DNA of 64,000 bases from Pseudomonadota bacterium (GTDB lineage: Bacteria > Pseudomonadota > Gammaproteobacteria > Burkholderiales > JABEVD01). Made by a program: the position numbers and the translations under genes. The notes below the pieces were generated by a model. That model saw only the letters and a program-made list of their open reading frames with translations, was not told the origin of the DNA and made no database searches. Location: assembly GCA_021848825.1 (NCBI GenBank), contig JAJZTQ010000014.1:36-64035 (forward strand), written 5' to 3'. Shown piece by piece: positions 29,504 through 39,672 of this stretch (the stretch's first letter is position 1; every line of letters starts with the position of its first letter).

Positions 29504-30630
29504 GCATGGAAGCGGATTACGACAGGACGCTCTTCTGGATCGTCCTCTCCCTTTTCGGCATAGGGCTGGTGATGGTCTATTCGGCTTCCATCGCCATTGC
29601 CGACGCGGGAGCGCATCCCCATCCGGCCTATTTTCTGATCCGTCAGTCGATATTCCTTGCGATAGGGGCTGTTGCAGGGGTTTTCGCCTTCCAGGTTCCG
29701 ATGAGGAGCTGGCAGAAGATGTCGCTCTATCTTTTCGCTGCAGCGGCGATCCTGCTCGTGCTCGTGCTGATCCCCGGAATAGGCAAGGAAGTGAACGGAA
29801 GCCGCCGCTGGCTTTCGCTTTTCGTCATCAATTTGCAGCCTTCCGAATTCATGAAGCTCTGCGTGGTGATCTATGCGGCGGACTACACGGTCAGGAAGGC
29901 GGCCTACATGCAGGATCTCACCAAGGGCTTCCTTCCCATGCTGCTGGTCATGCTGGTGACGGGCATGCTGCTCCTTGCGGAACCGGATTTCGGCGCATTC
30001 GCCGTCATCACCGCGATCGCGATGTCCGCGCTTTTCCTCGGCGGGATGAAGGGAAGACTCTTCGTTGGGCTCATCTCGATGCTGCTCGTGGGCTTCGTTC
30101 TGCTGATATGGACTTCGCCCTACAGGATGCAGCGCGTCGCCGGATTCATGGACCCCTGGTCGGACCCGTTCGGCAAGGGTTACCAGTTGAGCCACGCGCT
30201 CATCGCCATAGGAAGAGGGGAATGGCTGGGAGTGGGTTTGGGGGGAAGCGTCGAGAAGCTTTTCTATCTGCCTGAAGCGCATACCGATTTTCTTCTTGCA
30301 GTGATCGGGGAGGAGCTGGGTTTTGCCGGAATCGCAGCCGTGATCGGCCTTTTCGCGTGGCTCGTGATCAGGGCTTTTGCGATAGGAAGAAAGGCGGCCT
30401 CGATGGAGCGCTACTTCCCGGCGCTGGTCGCGCAGGGGATAGGCATCTGGCTGGGCGTCCAGACGCTGATTAATCTCGGAGTGAACATGGGGGTATTGCC
30501 GACGAAGGGGCTGACGCTTCCCCTGCTGAGCTTCGGCGGAAGCGGCATCGTATCCAACTGCATCGCCCTGGCGATCCTTTTCAGGATCGATTTCGAGAAC
30601 AGGCTGCTGATGAAGGGGAAAGTGTTTTGA
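29488..30630 (+). CDS. ftsW: Peptidoglycan glycosyltransferase / lipid II flippase FtsW (SEDS family)
   Basis: It is a multi-TM SEDS protein with [22 protein letters not shown] and EAHTDF. The start is 29488 or 29506. Confidence 0.92.
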   Translation: MQAQLSMEADYDRTLFWIVLSLFGIGLVMVYSASIAIADAGAHPHPAYFLIRQSIFLAIGAVAGVFAFQVPMRSWQKMSLYLFAAAAILLVLVLIPGIGKEVNGSRRWLSLFVINLQPSEFMKLCVVIYAADYTVRKAAYMQDLTKGFLPMLLVMLVTGMLLLAEPDFGAFAVITAIAMSALFLGGMKGRLFVGLISMLLVGFVLLIWTSPYRMQRVAGFMDPWSDPFGKGYQLSHALIAIGRGEWLGVGLGGSVEKLFYLPEAHTDFLLAVIGEELGFAGIAAVIGLFAWLVIRAFAIGRKAASMERYFPALVAQGIGIWLGVQTLINLGVNMGVLPTKGLTLPLLSFGGSGIVSNCIALAILFRIDFENRLLMKGKVF

Positions 30631-30636
30631 GGCGCG

Positions 30637-30795
30637 TCATGATCATGGCGGGCGGCACAGGCGGGCACATTTTTGGTTCCGACGTAACGCGCCTGACGCG
30701 CGCATTAGTCTGCGCCGAAAATGCGCCCGGACGGGAGGCTATGCATGCCTAGGCGAATCATGATCATGGCGGGTGGCACAGGCGGGCACATTTTT
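30637..30795 (+). repeat. Two 38-bp direct repeats (30637-30674 and 30758-30795, 1 mismatch) flanking an 83-bp unique insert at the ftsW-murG junction
   Basis: The copies are tcatgatcatggcgggCggcacaggcgggcacattttt and tcatgatcatggcgggTggcacaggcgggcacattttt. Both encode the MurG N-terminus MIMAGGTGGHIF. Only the second continues in frame into murG. Confidence 0.9.
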
Positions 30796-31803
30796 CCGGC
30801 GCTTGCCGTTGCAGAGGAAATGAAGAAGGCGGGGTTCGAAGTCTTCTGGCTTGGAACGAGAACAGGCATGGAGGCGAAACTCGTTGCCGAGAAGGGATAC
30901 GAGATCGAATTCATCAGCATTTCGGGCGTGAGGAAAAGCGGGTTGCTGCGCTGGATATCGCTTCCTTTCAGGCTGATCCTGGCTTGTCTGCAGAGCATGG
31001 CCGTGATCCTGAAAAGGCGCCCTGACGTTGTCCTTGGCATGGGCGGGTTCGCTTCCTTTCCAGGCGGAATCACGTCCGCAAGCCTAGGACGACCGCTCGT
31101 GATCCACGAGCAGAATGCCGTCGCAGGGCTTTCCAACAGGATCCTGTCGAAATTCGCAACCAGAACCCTGGTTGCCTTTCCCGGCGTGCTCGGGAAAAAG
31201 GCGATCCATGTCGGCAACCCGGTAAGACGCGAAATCGCGTCGATGCCTTCCCCGAAGGAGCGGTTCGAAAATAGGGAAGGTGCGCTTAAGCTCCTGGTGG
31301 TGGGTGGTTCCCGCGGCGCGAAAGCCCTCAACGAGACGATCCCTGCGGCAGTCAGCATGATGATCGACAAGCCCATCGTGCTGCACCAGACAGGGGAAGC
31401 TGAAGCCGAAAAGGTGAGGGAAGTCTATCTTTCCTCAGGGGCAAAGGCGGAGGTATTGCCTTTCATCAGGGACATGGCAAAAGCCTATGCGGAATGCGAT
31501 CTCGTCATCTCGAGGTCGGGCGCGCTGACTGTCGCCGAAATCGCTGCGGCAGGGGTCGCGAGCCTGCTCGTTCCCTATCCCCATGCGGTGGACGATCACC
31601 AGACCTGGAATGCCCGCTATCTCGCCGACGAAAACGCAGCCATGCTGATTCAGCAGAAGGATCTCGATGCGTCTTGCCTCGCAGGAGTCCTGAAAGACAT
31701 GGACAGGGCGCGACTGCTTGCCATGGCAGAGAACGCAAGAAAGCTTGCAAAGACGGATGCGTCGGAAAAGGTGGCTGGAATATGCATGGCGCTTGCGGCA
31801 TGA
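30745..31803 (+). CDS. murG: UDP-N-acetylglucosamine--N-acetylmuramyl-(pentapeptide) pyrophosphoryl-undecaprenol GlcNAc transferase
   Basis: It has MPRRIMIMAGGTGGHIFPALAVAEE and a C-terminal SRSGALTVAEIAAAG. The start could be 30721, 30745 or 30760, all in the same frame. Confidence 0.93.
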   Translation: MPRRIMIMAGGTGGHIFPALAVAEEMKKAGFEVFWLGTRTGMEAKLVAEKGYEIEFISISGVRKSGLLRWISLPFRLILACLQSMAVILKRRPDVVLGMGGFASFPGGITSASLGRPLVIHEQNAVAGLSNRILSKFATRTLVAFPGVLGKKAIHVGNPVRREIASMPSPKERFENREGALKLLVVGGSRGAKALNETIPAAVSMMIDKPIVLHQTGEAEAEKVREVYLSSGAKAEVLPFIRDMAKAYAECDLVISRSGALTVAEIAAAGVASLLVPYPHAVDDHQTWNARYLADENAAMLIQQKDLDASCLAGVLKDMDRARLLAMAENARKLAKTDASEKVAGICMALAA

Positions 31804-31815
31804 AGGAGACAAACC

Positions 31816-33198
31816 GTGAAGCATAAAATCAACCGCATCCATTTCGTCGGAATAGGCGGCGCGGGCATGAGCGGGATTGCCGAAGTATTGCTGAACCTCG
31901 GCTATGTCGTCAGCGGATCGGACATTCAGGCGAATTCCGCGACAAGAAGGCTCGAGACGCTAGGCGCTTCGATCAGGATAGGGCATGAAGGCGAAAACGT
32001 GGACGGCGCGGACTGCATCGTGGTATCGACCGCAGTCAAACCGGACAACCCCGAAGTCCTTGCGGCGAAGCAGAAGCGCATCCCCATCGTGCCGAGAGCG
32101 ATGATGCTTTCCGAATTGATGCGCCTGAAGAAGGGGATTGCAGTTGCAGGAACCCACGGCAAGACCACGACCACGAGCCTCGTATCGAGCGTGCTCGCCG
32201 AAGGCGGACTGGACCCCACCTTCGTCATAGGCGGAAGGCTCAACAGCGCGGGTTCGAATGCGAAGCTCGGCAGCGGCGAATTCATCGTGGCGGAAGCCGA
32301 CGAATCCGATGCTTCCTTCCTCTATCTGCAGCCTGTGATCGCTGTCGTCACCAACATCGACGCGGATCACATGGATACCTACGGGCACGATTTTTCGAAG
32401 CTCAAGCAGGCATTCGTCGATTTCCTCGAGCACCTTCCCTTCTACGGCGTCGCCGTGCTCTGCGCAGACGACCCCAATGTCATGGAAGTGAGCGCGAGGA
32501 TTACCAGGACGGTGGTCACCTACGGCATATCGAATGAAGCCCAGATCAGGGCTTTCGACATCGAGCATTGCTCTGGAAAAATGAAATTCAGGGTGAAAAG
32601 GAACGGTCATTCCTTCCCTGTCACGCTCAATCTTCCGGGGCTCCACAATGTCAGGAATGCGCTTGCTGCAGTCGCCGTCGGCGTCGAGCTCAACATTCCG
32701 GACGAGGTCATCGCGAATGCCCTTTCCGAATTCAAGGGAGTGGGGAGGCGTTTCCAGAATTACGGCGAAATCCCGATTTCCGGCGGGGGCTGTTACACCC
32801 TGATAGATGATTACGGTCACCATCCCGCGGAGATGGCTGCAACCATAGAGGCAGCTCGCGGGGCGTTTCCTGGAAGGCGCCTTGTGCTTGCATTCCAGCC
32901 TCACAGATACACCAGGACAAGGGATCTTTTCGAGGATTTCGTGAAGGTGCTTGCCACGGTCGATCTGCTTCTGCTCGCCGAAGTCTATCCGGCAGGCGAA
33001 TCCCCCATCGTTGCGGCAGACGGAAGAGCGCTTGCCAGGGCGGTCAGGATGCTTGGCAAGGTCGAGCTGATCTTCGTCGAGACCCTGGATGAAATCCCTG
33101 AAACGGTGGCAAACCTGGTCCGGGACGGCGACGTGGTGCTCGTCATGGGGGCTGGGTCGATAGGAGCCATTCCGAAGATGCTGGCGGGGACCGAATGA
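31816..33198 (+). CDS. murC: UDP-N-acetylmuramate--L-alanine ligase
   Basis: The 460-aa product has a GTG start. Motifs are [25 protein letters not shown] and DDYGHHP. Confidence 0.95.
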   Translation: MKHKINRIHFVGIGGAGMSGIAEVLLNLGYVVSGSDIQANSATRRLETLGASIRIGHEGENVDGADCIVVSTAVKPDNPEVLAAKQKRIPIVPRAMMLSELMRLKKGIAVAGTHGKTTTTSLVSSVLAEGGLDPTFVIGGRLNSAGSNAKLGSGEFIVAEADESDASFLYLQPVIAVVTNIDADHMDTYGHDFSKLKQAFVDFLEHLPFYGVAVLCADDPNVMEVSARITRTVVTYGISNEAQIRAFDIEHCSGKMKFRVKRNGHSFPVTLNLPGLHNVRNALAAVAVGVELNIPDEVIANALSEFKGVGRRFQNYGEIPISGGGCYTLIDDYGHHPAEMAATIEAARGAFPGRRLVLAFQPHRYTRTRDLFEDFVKVLATVDLLLLAEVYPAGESPIVAADGRALARAVRMLGKVELIFVETLDEIPETVANLVRDGDVVLVMGAGSIGAIPKMLAGTE

Positions 33199-34058
33199 AG
33201 GGGCAGCTGATGCATCACGAGCCGATGAGCAGGCATACCAGCTGGCGGGCCGGAGGATGCGCCGAGAAATGCTACAGGCCTGCGGATCTGGATGATTTCT
33301 CGGCATTCCTGAAATCCCTTCCTGAAAAAGAACCGGTCGAGGTCATCGGTCTGGGCAGCAACCTGCTCGTCAGGGATGGCGGAATCAGGGGAACGGTGAT
33401 CCTGATGCACAAGGTGCTGGATCGCCTGGAGATGGATGGAGCAAGGATTCATGCCCAGGCGGGCGTTGCCTGCGCCAAGGTGGCGCGATTTTCGGCGCAG
33501 CGGGGATGGCGTGGATCCGAATTTCTGGCTGGGATCCCGGGAACGGTGGGCGGCGCGCTGGCCATGAATGCAGGCTGCTACGGAGGGGAAACCTGGAATA
33601 TCGTGGAAAAGGTCGAAGCGATCGGACGCGACGGACAGGTCAGGGTGAGATACCCGGAAGAATACGAGATCGGGTATCGGACGGTTTCGGGGCCGAGAGA
33701 GGAATGGTTCGTCTCGGCCTGGTTCAGGCTCGAGAGGGGGGAGGGCGGCATGGATGTCATCAAGAGTCTTCTCAAGAAGCGGATCGCGTCGCAGCCGCTG
33801 GAATTCCCCAATGCAGGTTCTGTCTTCAGGAATCCCGAAGGGGATCATGCGGCGAGGCTGATCGAATCCTGCGGACTCAAGGGAAAACAGATAGGCGGCG
33901 CAATGGTTTCCGACAAGCATGCCAATTTCATCGTCAACACGGGCAATGCGTGCGCGTCCGACATAGAGCGTCTCATCGAACTCGTCAGGGATACGGTCAT
34001 GAAGGAGAAGGGAATCAGGCTTGAGCGCGAAGTGCGCATCATCGGGGAGGCGGCATGA
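33195..34058 (+). CDS. murB: UDP-N-acetylenolpyruvoylglucosamine reductase
   Basis: The 287-aa product has an FAD-binding [12 protein letters not shown] motif, plus NAGSVFRNP and KHANFIVN. Confidence 0.93.
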   Translation: MKGQLMHHEPMSRHTSWRAGGCAEKCYRPADLDDFSAFLKSLPEKEPVEVIGLGSNLLVRDGGIRGTVILMHKVLDRLEMDGARIHAQAGVACAKVARFSAQRGWRGSEFLAGIPGTVGGALAMNAGCYGGETWNIVEKVEAIGRDGQVRVRYPEEYEIGYRTVSGPREEWFVSAWFRLERGEGGMDVIKSLLKKRIASQPLEFPNAGSVFRNPEGDHAARLIESCGLKGKQIGGAMVSDKHANFIVNTGNACASDIERLIELVRDTVMKEKGIRLEREVRIIGEAA

Positions 34059-34951
34059 ATTTCGGAAAAGTCGCTGTGCTGATGGGAGGGCGTTCGGCAG
34101 AGCGGGAGATCTCGCTGAAAAGCGGCAATGCCGTTCTCGCCGCACTGAAGAGAAAGGGCGTGGATGCGCACGCCTTCGATCCGGCAGTCGAAGAAATTTC
34201 CGACTTGAAGCAATACGACAACGCATTCATCGCCCTTCACGGGCGATATGGCGAAGACGGCACGATGCAGGGCGCGCTCGAACTGATGGGCATTCCCTAT
34301 ACCGGAAGCGGCGTACTGGCTTCCAGCCTTTCCATAGACAAATGGCGAACCAAGCTGATCTGGCAGGCATCAGGCATTCCGATTGCGAAATACGAACTGC
34401 TTCATGCCGATTCAGACTTCGACGCCGTTGCGAAAAGACTGGGGTTGCCGATTTTCGTCAAGCCTTCGTGCGAAGGATCGAGCATAGGGATCAGCAAGGT
34501 CGCGAGAAGCGAAGACCTGAAAGCCGCTTTCGAACTCGCATTCAAGTACGACAGCCTGGTGATCGCCGAATCCTTCGTGGAAGGGATGGAAGTCCAGTTC
34601 CCGATACTCGGGGAAACGGTTCTTCCCTCCATCCGGATAGAGACGCCTCACGAATTCTACGATTATGACGCCAAATATTTCGCCGAAGACACACGCTACA
34701 TCTGCCCGGGACTGTCGGACAAGGAAGAGTCGATTCTGCATGAATTGATCCTGAAATCCTTCAGGGTCCTGGGATGCTCGGGATGGGCGAGGGTCGATCT
34801 CATCATCGGAAAAAACGGCCCGGTTTTTCTCGAAATGAATACCGTTCCCGGCATGACGGACCACAGCCTCGTTCCCATGTCCGCAAGGCAATCCGGGATC
34901 GATTTCGACGATCTCGTGCTGCGGATCCTGGAGAAAACTCATGTGGGATAG
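34055..34951 (+). CDS. ddl: D-alanine--D-alanine ligase
   Basis: The 298-aa product has [35 protein letters not shown] and EMNTVPGMT. Confidence 0.95.
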   Translation: MNFGKVAVLMGGRSAEREISLKSGNAVLAALKRKGVDAHAFDPAVEEISDLKQYDNAFIALHGRYGEDGTMQGALELMGIPYTGSGVLASSLSIDKWRTKLIWQASGIPIAKYELLHADSDFDAVAKRLGLPIFVKPSCEGSSIGISKVARSEDLKAAFELAFKYDSLVIAESFVEGMEVQFPILGETVLPSIRIETPHEFYDYDAKYFAEDTRYICPGLSDKEESILHELILKSFRVLGCSGWARVDLIIGKNGPVFLEMNTVPGMTDHSLVPMSARQSGIDFDDLVLRILEKTHVG

Positions 34952-35642
34952 CGCGAGGGACATGAATGCGATGGCAAACCTGATCTTCGCGCTCGTGACC
35001 GTGCTCGCTTGTCTTGCCGCAATCCACTGGGTGGTTCGCCTCCCTGCATTCCAGCTCAAGACGGTGAGGATAGAAGGCATGACGGACCATCTTTCAAGAG
35101 ATCAGGCCGAGTTCATCGTGGGAAGGATGAAGGGGGATTTCTTCACCATCGATCTCGACCGCGTGAGGAATGACTTCGAAAAGCTTCCCTGGGTCAGGAA
35201 TGTCAGCGTGAAAAGGAGCTGGCCGCTCAGGATAGAAGTGAAGCTGGAAGAGCATGTCGCGATGGCGAGATGGGGCGCCGATCAGCTGGTCGACACCCAT
35301 GGCGATGTTTTCGATGCATCGACTGACCGGAAGCTTCCGCACTTTTCAGGACCTTTCGGCTCATCCAGCGAAGTGGTGGCGGAATACTCGGCTTTCTCGA
35401 AAAGCCTCGTTCCTCTGGATCGGCATATCGAAGCGATCAGCCTCTCCGAGAGGCGTTCCTGGGAACTGAAGCTCGACGACGGCATGGTGATCGAGCTGGG
35501 AAGGGAAAAGATGGAACAGCGCCTCGCCGAATTTGCCGAGCTCTACGGCAGCACGGTCGGGCAGATGGGGAAGCATGTCGACTATGTCGACCTGCGCTAC
35601 GACAACGGTTTCGCAGTTCGCATTCCTGGCGCGGCTGCATAG
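34941..35642 (+). CDS. ftsQ: Cell division protein FtsQ
   Basis: The 233-aa product has one TM segment followed by POTRA (V.IEG) and FtsQ-type domains. It is in the canonical position. Confidence 0.88.
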   Translation: MWDSARDMNAMANLIFALVTVLACLAAIHWVVRLPAFQLKTVRIEGMTDHLSRDQAEFIVGRMKGDFFTIDLDRVRNDFEKLPWVRNVSVKRSWPLRIEVKLEEHVAMARWGADQLVDTHGDVFDASTDRKLPHFSGPFGSSSEVVAEYSAFSKSLVPLDRHIEAISLSERRSWELKLDDGMVIELGREKMEQRLAEFAELYGSTVGQMGKHVDYVDLRYDNGFAVRIPGAAA

Positions 35643-35655
35643 AAGGGGCATGGGC

Positions 35656-36888
35656 ATGACTAGGGAATCGAAAAATCTGATCGTGGGTCTCGATATCGGC
35701 ACGTCGAAAATCGTGGCGATCGTGGCCGAAATCACGAACGAGGGAAAGCTCGAGATCGTCGGGATGGGAAGCCATCCGTCGAGAGGCCTGAAGAAGGGCG
35801 TGGTGGTCAACATCGAATCGACGGTGAACGCGATACAGCGCGCGCTCGAGGAAGCCGAACTGATGGCCGACTGCAAGATCAGGGAAGTCTATACGGGGAT
35901 CGCGGGAAGCCACATCAAGAGCTTCAATTCCCACGGCATGGTGGCGATCAAGGACAAGGAAGTCAGCCAGATGGATGTCGAGCGGGTGATCGAAACGGCG
36001 AAGGCGGTGAACATCCCCACCGACCAGCAGATCCTTCACATCCTCAATCAGGAATTCATCATAGACGGACAGGAAGACGTCAGGGAACCGCTCGGCATGA
36101 GCGGGATGAGGCTGGAAGTGAAGGTTCACATCGTGACGGGTGCAATCTCGGCTGCCCAGAACATCGTGAAATGCGTGAGGCGATGCGGCCTCGTCGAGCG
36201 CGACCTGATATTGCAGCCGCTGGCTTCCGCCATGGCGGTTCTATCCGAGGACGAAAAGGACCTGGGGGTCTGCCTCGTCGACATAGGCGGCGGCACTGCC
36301 GACATCGCGGTTTTTTCCCAGGGGGCGATCAGGCATACCGCAGTGATACCGATAGCGGGTGACCAGGTCACCAACGACATTGCGATGGCGCTCAGGACGC
36401 CTACCAAGGAAGCGGAAGACATCAAGGTGAGATACGGCTGCGCGCTCAGGCAGCTGGCGGACCCATCAGAGATGATCGAGGTGCCGGGCGTCGGCGAAAG
36501 AGGGCCGCGCCAGTTGTCGAGGCAGACGCTCGCGGAAGTCATCGAGCCCAGGGTCGAGGAGCTCTATTCGCTGATCCAGGCCGAATTGAGGCGAAGCAGA
36601 TTCGAGGAACTCTTGTCTTCCGGGATCGTGATCACGGGGGGAAGCAGTGCGATGGCGGGGATGGTCGAACTGGGGGAGGAGGTATTCCACATGCCTGTCC
36701 GGCTCGGCATTCCGCAATACGTCGGGGGACTTGCAGAAGTCGTGAGAACGCCCCGGTTTTCAACAGGGGTGGGGTTGTTGCTGATGGGGCTGGAACAGCA
36801 CAAGCGCCAGAGCCTGATTTCGATGCATTCGGGGTCTCTGGGGCAGATATTCGAAAGAATGAAGGGCTGGTTCCAGAAGAGTTTTTGA
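35656..36888 (+). CDS. ftsA: Cell division protein FtsA
   Basis: It is actin-like, with LIVGLDIGTSKIVAIV and VDIGGGTADIAVF. The start is at MTRESK (35656; 35650 is also possible). The track ORF starts at 35533. Confidence 0.95.
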   Translation: MTRESKNLIVGLDIGTSKIVAIVAEITNEGKLEIVGMGSHPSRGLKKGVVVNIESTVNAIQRALEEAELMADCKIREVYTGIAGSHIKSFNSHGMVAIKDKEVSQMDVERVIETAKAVNIPTDQQILHILNQEFIIDGQEDVREPLGMSGMRLEVKVHIVTGAISAAQNIVKCVRRCGLVERDLILQPLASAMAVLSEDEKDLGVCLVDIGGGTADIAVFSQGAIRHTAVIPIAGDQVTNDIAMALRTPTKEAEDIKVRYGCALRQLADPSEMIEVPGVGERGPRQLSRQTLAEVIEPRVEELYSLIQAELRRSRFEELLSSGIVITGGSSAMAGMVELGEEVFHMPVRLGIPQYVGGLAEVVRTPRFSTGVGLLLMGLEQHKRQSLISMHSGSLGQIFERMKGWFQKSF

Positions 36889-36911
36889 GGGTCAATTGAC
36901 AAGGAGGTCAC

Positions 36912-38060
36912 ATGTTTGAAGTAATGGAGAATCAGGATCAGCTGGCGGTCATCAAGGTGATCGGCGTGGGCGGCTGCGGCGGCAATGCGGTCGACCACAT
37001 GATCGAAAACGGCGTTCAGGGCGTGGAATTCATCAGCGCCAATACCGACGCACAGGCGCTGCAGCGGAACAAGGCGGGAACGGCCCTGCAGCTCGGAGAG
37101 GCGATCACCAAGGGGCTCGGCGCAGGGGCGAATCCCGACATAGGCCGCGAATCGGCGATAGAGAACAGGGACAGGATAGCCGAGGCGATAGAGGGCGCCG
37201 ACATGCTTTTCGTCACGGCGGGGATGGGGGGCGGAACGGGAACCGGTGCCGCGCCTGTCGTTGCCCAGGTTGCAAAGGAGCTCGGCATCCTCACTGTTGC
37301 AGTGGTGACGAAGCCATTCGCATTCGAAGGAAAAAGGCTGAGGGTTGCGCAGGCGGGCATAGAGGAACTGACGCAGCATGTCGACTCGTTGATCGTCATT
37401 CCGAATGACAAGCTGATGGCTGTCCTTGGCGAGGAAATCAGCATGCTTGATGCCTTCAAGGCGGCGAACAATGTCCTTTACGGCGCTGTCGCCGGCATCG
37501 CCGAAGTCATCAACTGCCCGGGGCTTGTCAACGTCGATTTCGCCGACGTCAGGACAGTGATGTCGGAAATGGGCATGGCGATGATGGGTTCGGCCATCGC
37601 CTCAGGTGCGGAGCGTGCGAGGATCGCAGCCGAGCAGGCTGTAGCAAGTCCGCTGCTCGAAGACGTCAATCTTTCCGGGGCGCGCGGCGTGCTCGTCAAC
37701 ATCACGGCAAGCCTCTCGCTGAAGATGAAGGAAGTGCACGACGTCATGAACACCATCAAGCAGTTCGTCGCAGACGATGCGACGGTGATCGTCGGCACGG
37801 TGATCGACGAGGCGATGAAGGACAGCCTGCGCGTCACCATGGTTGCGACCGGGCTGGGGATGCCTGCAGTGAGGCCTGTTGCAAGACCCATCACCATCGT
37901 CAAGACGGGAACCGACAACATGCCCGTCGATTTCAATTCGCTCGATCTTCCTACCGTGATGCGCACCGGAAGGAAGCGCGAAACGGAAGTCGATGCGATG
38001 AGGCAATCGGGAATGGAAATGCTCGACATCCCCGCTTTCCTGAGGAAGCAGGCAGACTGA
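36912..38060 (+). CDS. ftsZ: Cell division GTPase FtsZ
   Basis: The 382-aa product has the tubulin signature GGGTGTGAAPV, plus NTDAQAL and a C-terminal DIPAFLRKQAD peptide. An AGGAGG-like RBS lies upstream. Confidence 0.98.
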   Translation: MFEVMENQDQLAVIKVIGVGGCGGNAVDHMIENGVQGVEFISANTDAQALQRNKAGTALQLGEAITKGLGAGANPDIGRESAIENRDRIAEAIEGADMLFVTAGMGGGTGTGAAPVVAQVAKELGILTVAVVTKPFAFEGKRLRVAQAGIEELTQHVDSLIVIPNDKLMAVLGEEISMLDAFKAANNVLYGAVAGIAEVINCPGLVNVDFADVRTVMSEMGMAMMGSAIASGAERARIAAEQAVASPLLEDVNLSGARGVLVNITASLSLKMKEVHDVMNTIKQFVADDATVIVGTVIDEAMKDSLRVTMVATGLGMPAVRPVARPITIVKTGTDNMPVDFNSLDLPTVMRTGRKRETEVDAMRQSGMEMLDIPAFLRKQAD

Positions 38061-38118
38061 AGGATGCGCTGCGGGGCAGGCTATGATAATATGAAATAAA
38101 GATTTAACCGAAAAAGCC

Positions 38119-39030
38119 ATGCTGAGACAGCGCACCCTGAAGAACATCGTCCGCGCCACCGGGATAGGATTGCACACCGGGGAGAAGGTCTACATGACCC
38201 TCCGCCCGGCTGCCATCGACACCGGCATCGTTTTCAGGCGCATCGATCTGGACGAGCCGCGTGAGATCGCGGCCGATCCCTTCATGGTGCACGACACCCG
38301 TCTTTCGACCTGCCTCGAGGGAAACGGGACACGGGTCGCCACGATCGAGCACCTGATGTCTGCCTTCGCCGGAATGGGCATAGACAATGCCCATGTGGAT
38401 CTGACCGCATCGGAAGTCCCGATCATGGACGGCAGCGCAGGGCCTTTCGTTTTCCTGATCCAGTCTGCGGGGATAGAGGAGCAGTCGGCGCCGAAGAAAT
38501 TCATCAGGATCAGGAAATCGATCCAGGTGGGGAACGAGAAGAGCTGGGTCCGCTTCGATCCCTATAACGGGTTCAGGCTCAACTTCACGATATCCTTCGC
38601 CCATCCCGCCGTCGAGGGGACGAACCAGAGCGTTTCCATCGATTTCGGATCGACTTCCTATCTCAAGGAACTGAGCCGCGCGAGGACATTCGGCTTCGTG
38701 CAGGATGTCGAATACCTGAGGTCCCAGGGGCTGGCGTTGGGCGGAAGCCTGGAGAACGCCATCGTCATGGACGAATTCAGGGTGCTGAACAGCGACGGCT
38801 TGCGCTATGACAACGAATTCGTCAGGCACAAGGTTCTGGATGCGATAGGCGATCTCTACCTGCTCGGTCATCCGCTGCTCGGCGCCTTCACCGGTTTCAG
38901 ATCGGGGCATGCGCTCAACAACCAGCTTCTCCGTGCGCTGCTCGCCGATTCGGAAGCCTGGGAATATGTCGCATTCGACCGTCCCGAGGAAATCCCGGCT
39001 TATCTCAGGCATCAGCCCAGGCCTGCCTGA
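38119..39030 (+). CDS. lpxC: UDP-3-O-acyl-N-acetylglucosamine deacetylase
   Basis: The 303-aa product has [23 protein letters not shown] and [13 protein letters not shown]. Confidence 0.97.
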   Translation: MLRQRTLKNIVRATGIGLHTGEKVYMTLRPAAIDTGIVFRRIDLDEPREIAADPFMVHDTRLSTCLEGNGTRVATIEHLMSAFAGMGIDNAHVDLTASEVPIMDGSAGPFVFLIQSAGIEEQSAPKKFIRIRKSIQVGNEKSWVRFDPYNGFRLNFTISFAHPAVEGTNQSVSIDFGSTSYLKELSRARTFGFVQDVEYLRSQGLALGGSLENAIVMDEFRVLNSDGLRYDNEFVRHKVLDAIGDLYLLGHPLLGAFTGFRSGHALNNQLLRALLADSEAWEYVAFDRPEEIPAYLRHQPRPA

Positions 39031-39215
39031 TGGTGCTGGTGAGGCTGATCGCCTTTGCCGTCATCGTGGCGATCGGTGTTTCTCTTCTTGCCTATCTGCC
39101 GAAAAGAGAAAGGAAATATCTCGATTTCGCTTTCAGGCTGATAAAATACACCCTTCTGCTCTTATCTGTCTTCGGGCTTTTTTATGTTCTGGAAAGACTG
39201 ATCCTGGTCGCCTAA
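39030..39215 (+). CDS. Small two-TM membrane protein (hypothetical)
   Basis: The 61-aa ORF has an ATG overlapping the lpxC stop (TGATG). It has two clear hydrophobic helices separated by a KRERKY loop. It overlaps the convergent dciA 3' end by 54 nt, so it is uncertain. Confidence 0.35.
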   Translation: MVLVRLIAFAVIVAIGVSLLAYLPKRERKYLDFAFRLIKYTLLLLSVFGLFYVLERLILVA

Positions 39216-39620
39216 TTTCTCGAGTAGCGATTCTATGGACGATTTCAATGGGGAAGCCTGCAGCGAATCGGCGAGTTCCCTGAACGATTCGATCCCCTTT
39301 TTCCCCATGACATGAGGTTTCTTTTTTCCCGGTTCGGCCTTCCTGTTCACCCGCACGGAAATTCTGATCGAGTCGATGGCGAGCCCGCCTGCCTGAAGCT
39401 TTTCCAGCAGCCGTGAAGAAATCTGCCTGAGCTTCATCGCGACCGCGCCGTTGTCAGAATAGATCTGCAGTTTTTTTTCCTGCAATCTTCCGGCGCTACA
39501 ATAGACTGAAAGTTCCCTGGGAAGGGCTTTCTTCAGGATCTTCTCGATTTCAAGGGATTTTTCCGCATCGAGAAGCAGCGTCGAGCCTTGATCGAGGAAG
39601 AAGTCTAGTTTGTTCGCCAT
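39162..39620 (-). CDS. dciA: DUF721 / DciA-like protein (putative replicative helicase operator)
   Basis: The 152-aa ORF lies between lpxC and secA, divergent from secA, which is the usual proteobacterial position. The central LQIYSDNGAVAMKLRQ motif fits DUF721. Confidence 0.6.
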   Translation of the reverse strand: MANKLDFFLDQGSTLLLDAEKSLEIEKILKKALPRELSVYCSAGRLQEKKLQIYSDNGAVAMKLRQISSRLLEKLQAGGLAIDSIRISVRVNRKAEPGKKKPHVMGKKGIESFRELADSLQASPLKSSIESLLEKLGDQDQSFQNIKKPEDR

Positions 39621-39672
39621 GTTGTGGTAAAATCGAAAACCCTATTTTAAACCTACCATTGCCTGCCAATCT

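Noticed and set aside
30675-30757. The 83-bp insert between the duplicated murG starts as a MITE or IS remnant
   Set aside because: It has no terminal inverted repeats, no transposase fragment and no second copy in this window. The 38-bp flanking duplication is too long for a normal target-site duplication. I kept it as an unexplained duplication/insertion rather than calling it a mobile element.
31960-34226. 448-aa and 413-aa minus-strand ORFs antisense to murC/murB/ddl
   Set aside because: The reasoning is the same. The plus-strand genes are unambiguous, and the antisense translations are Arg/Pro/His-rich with no recognisable domains.
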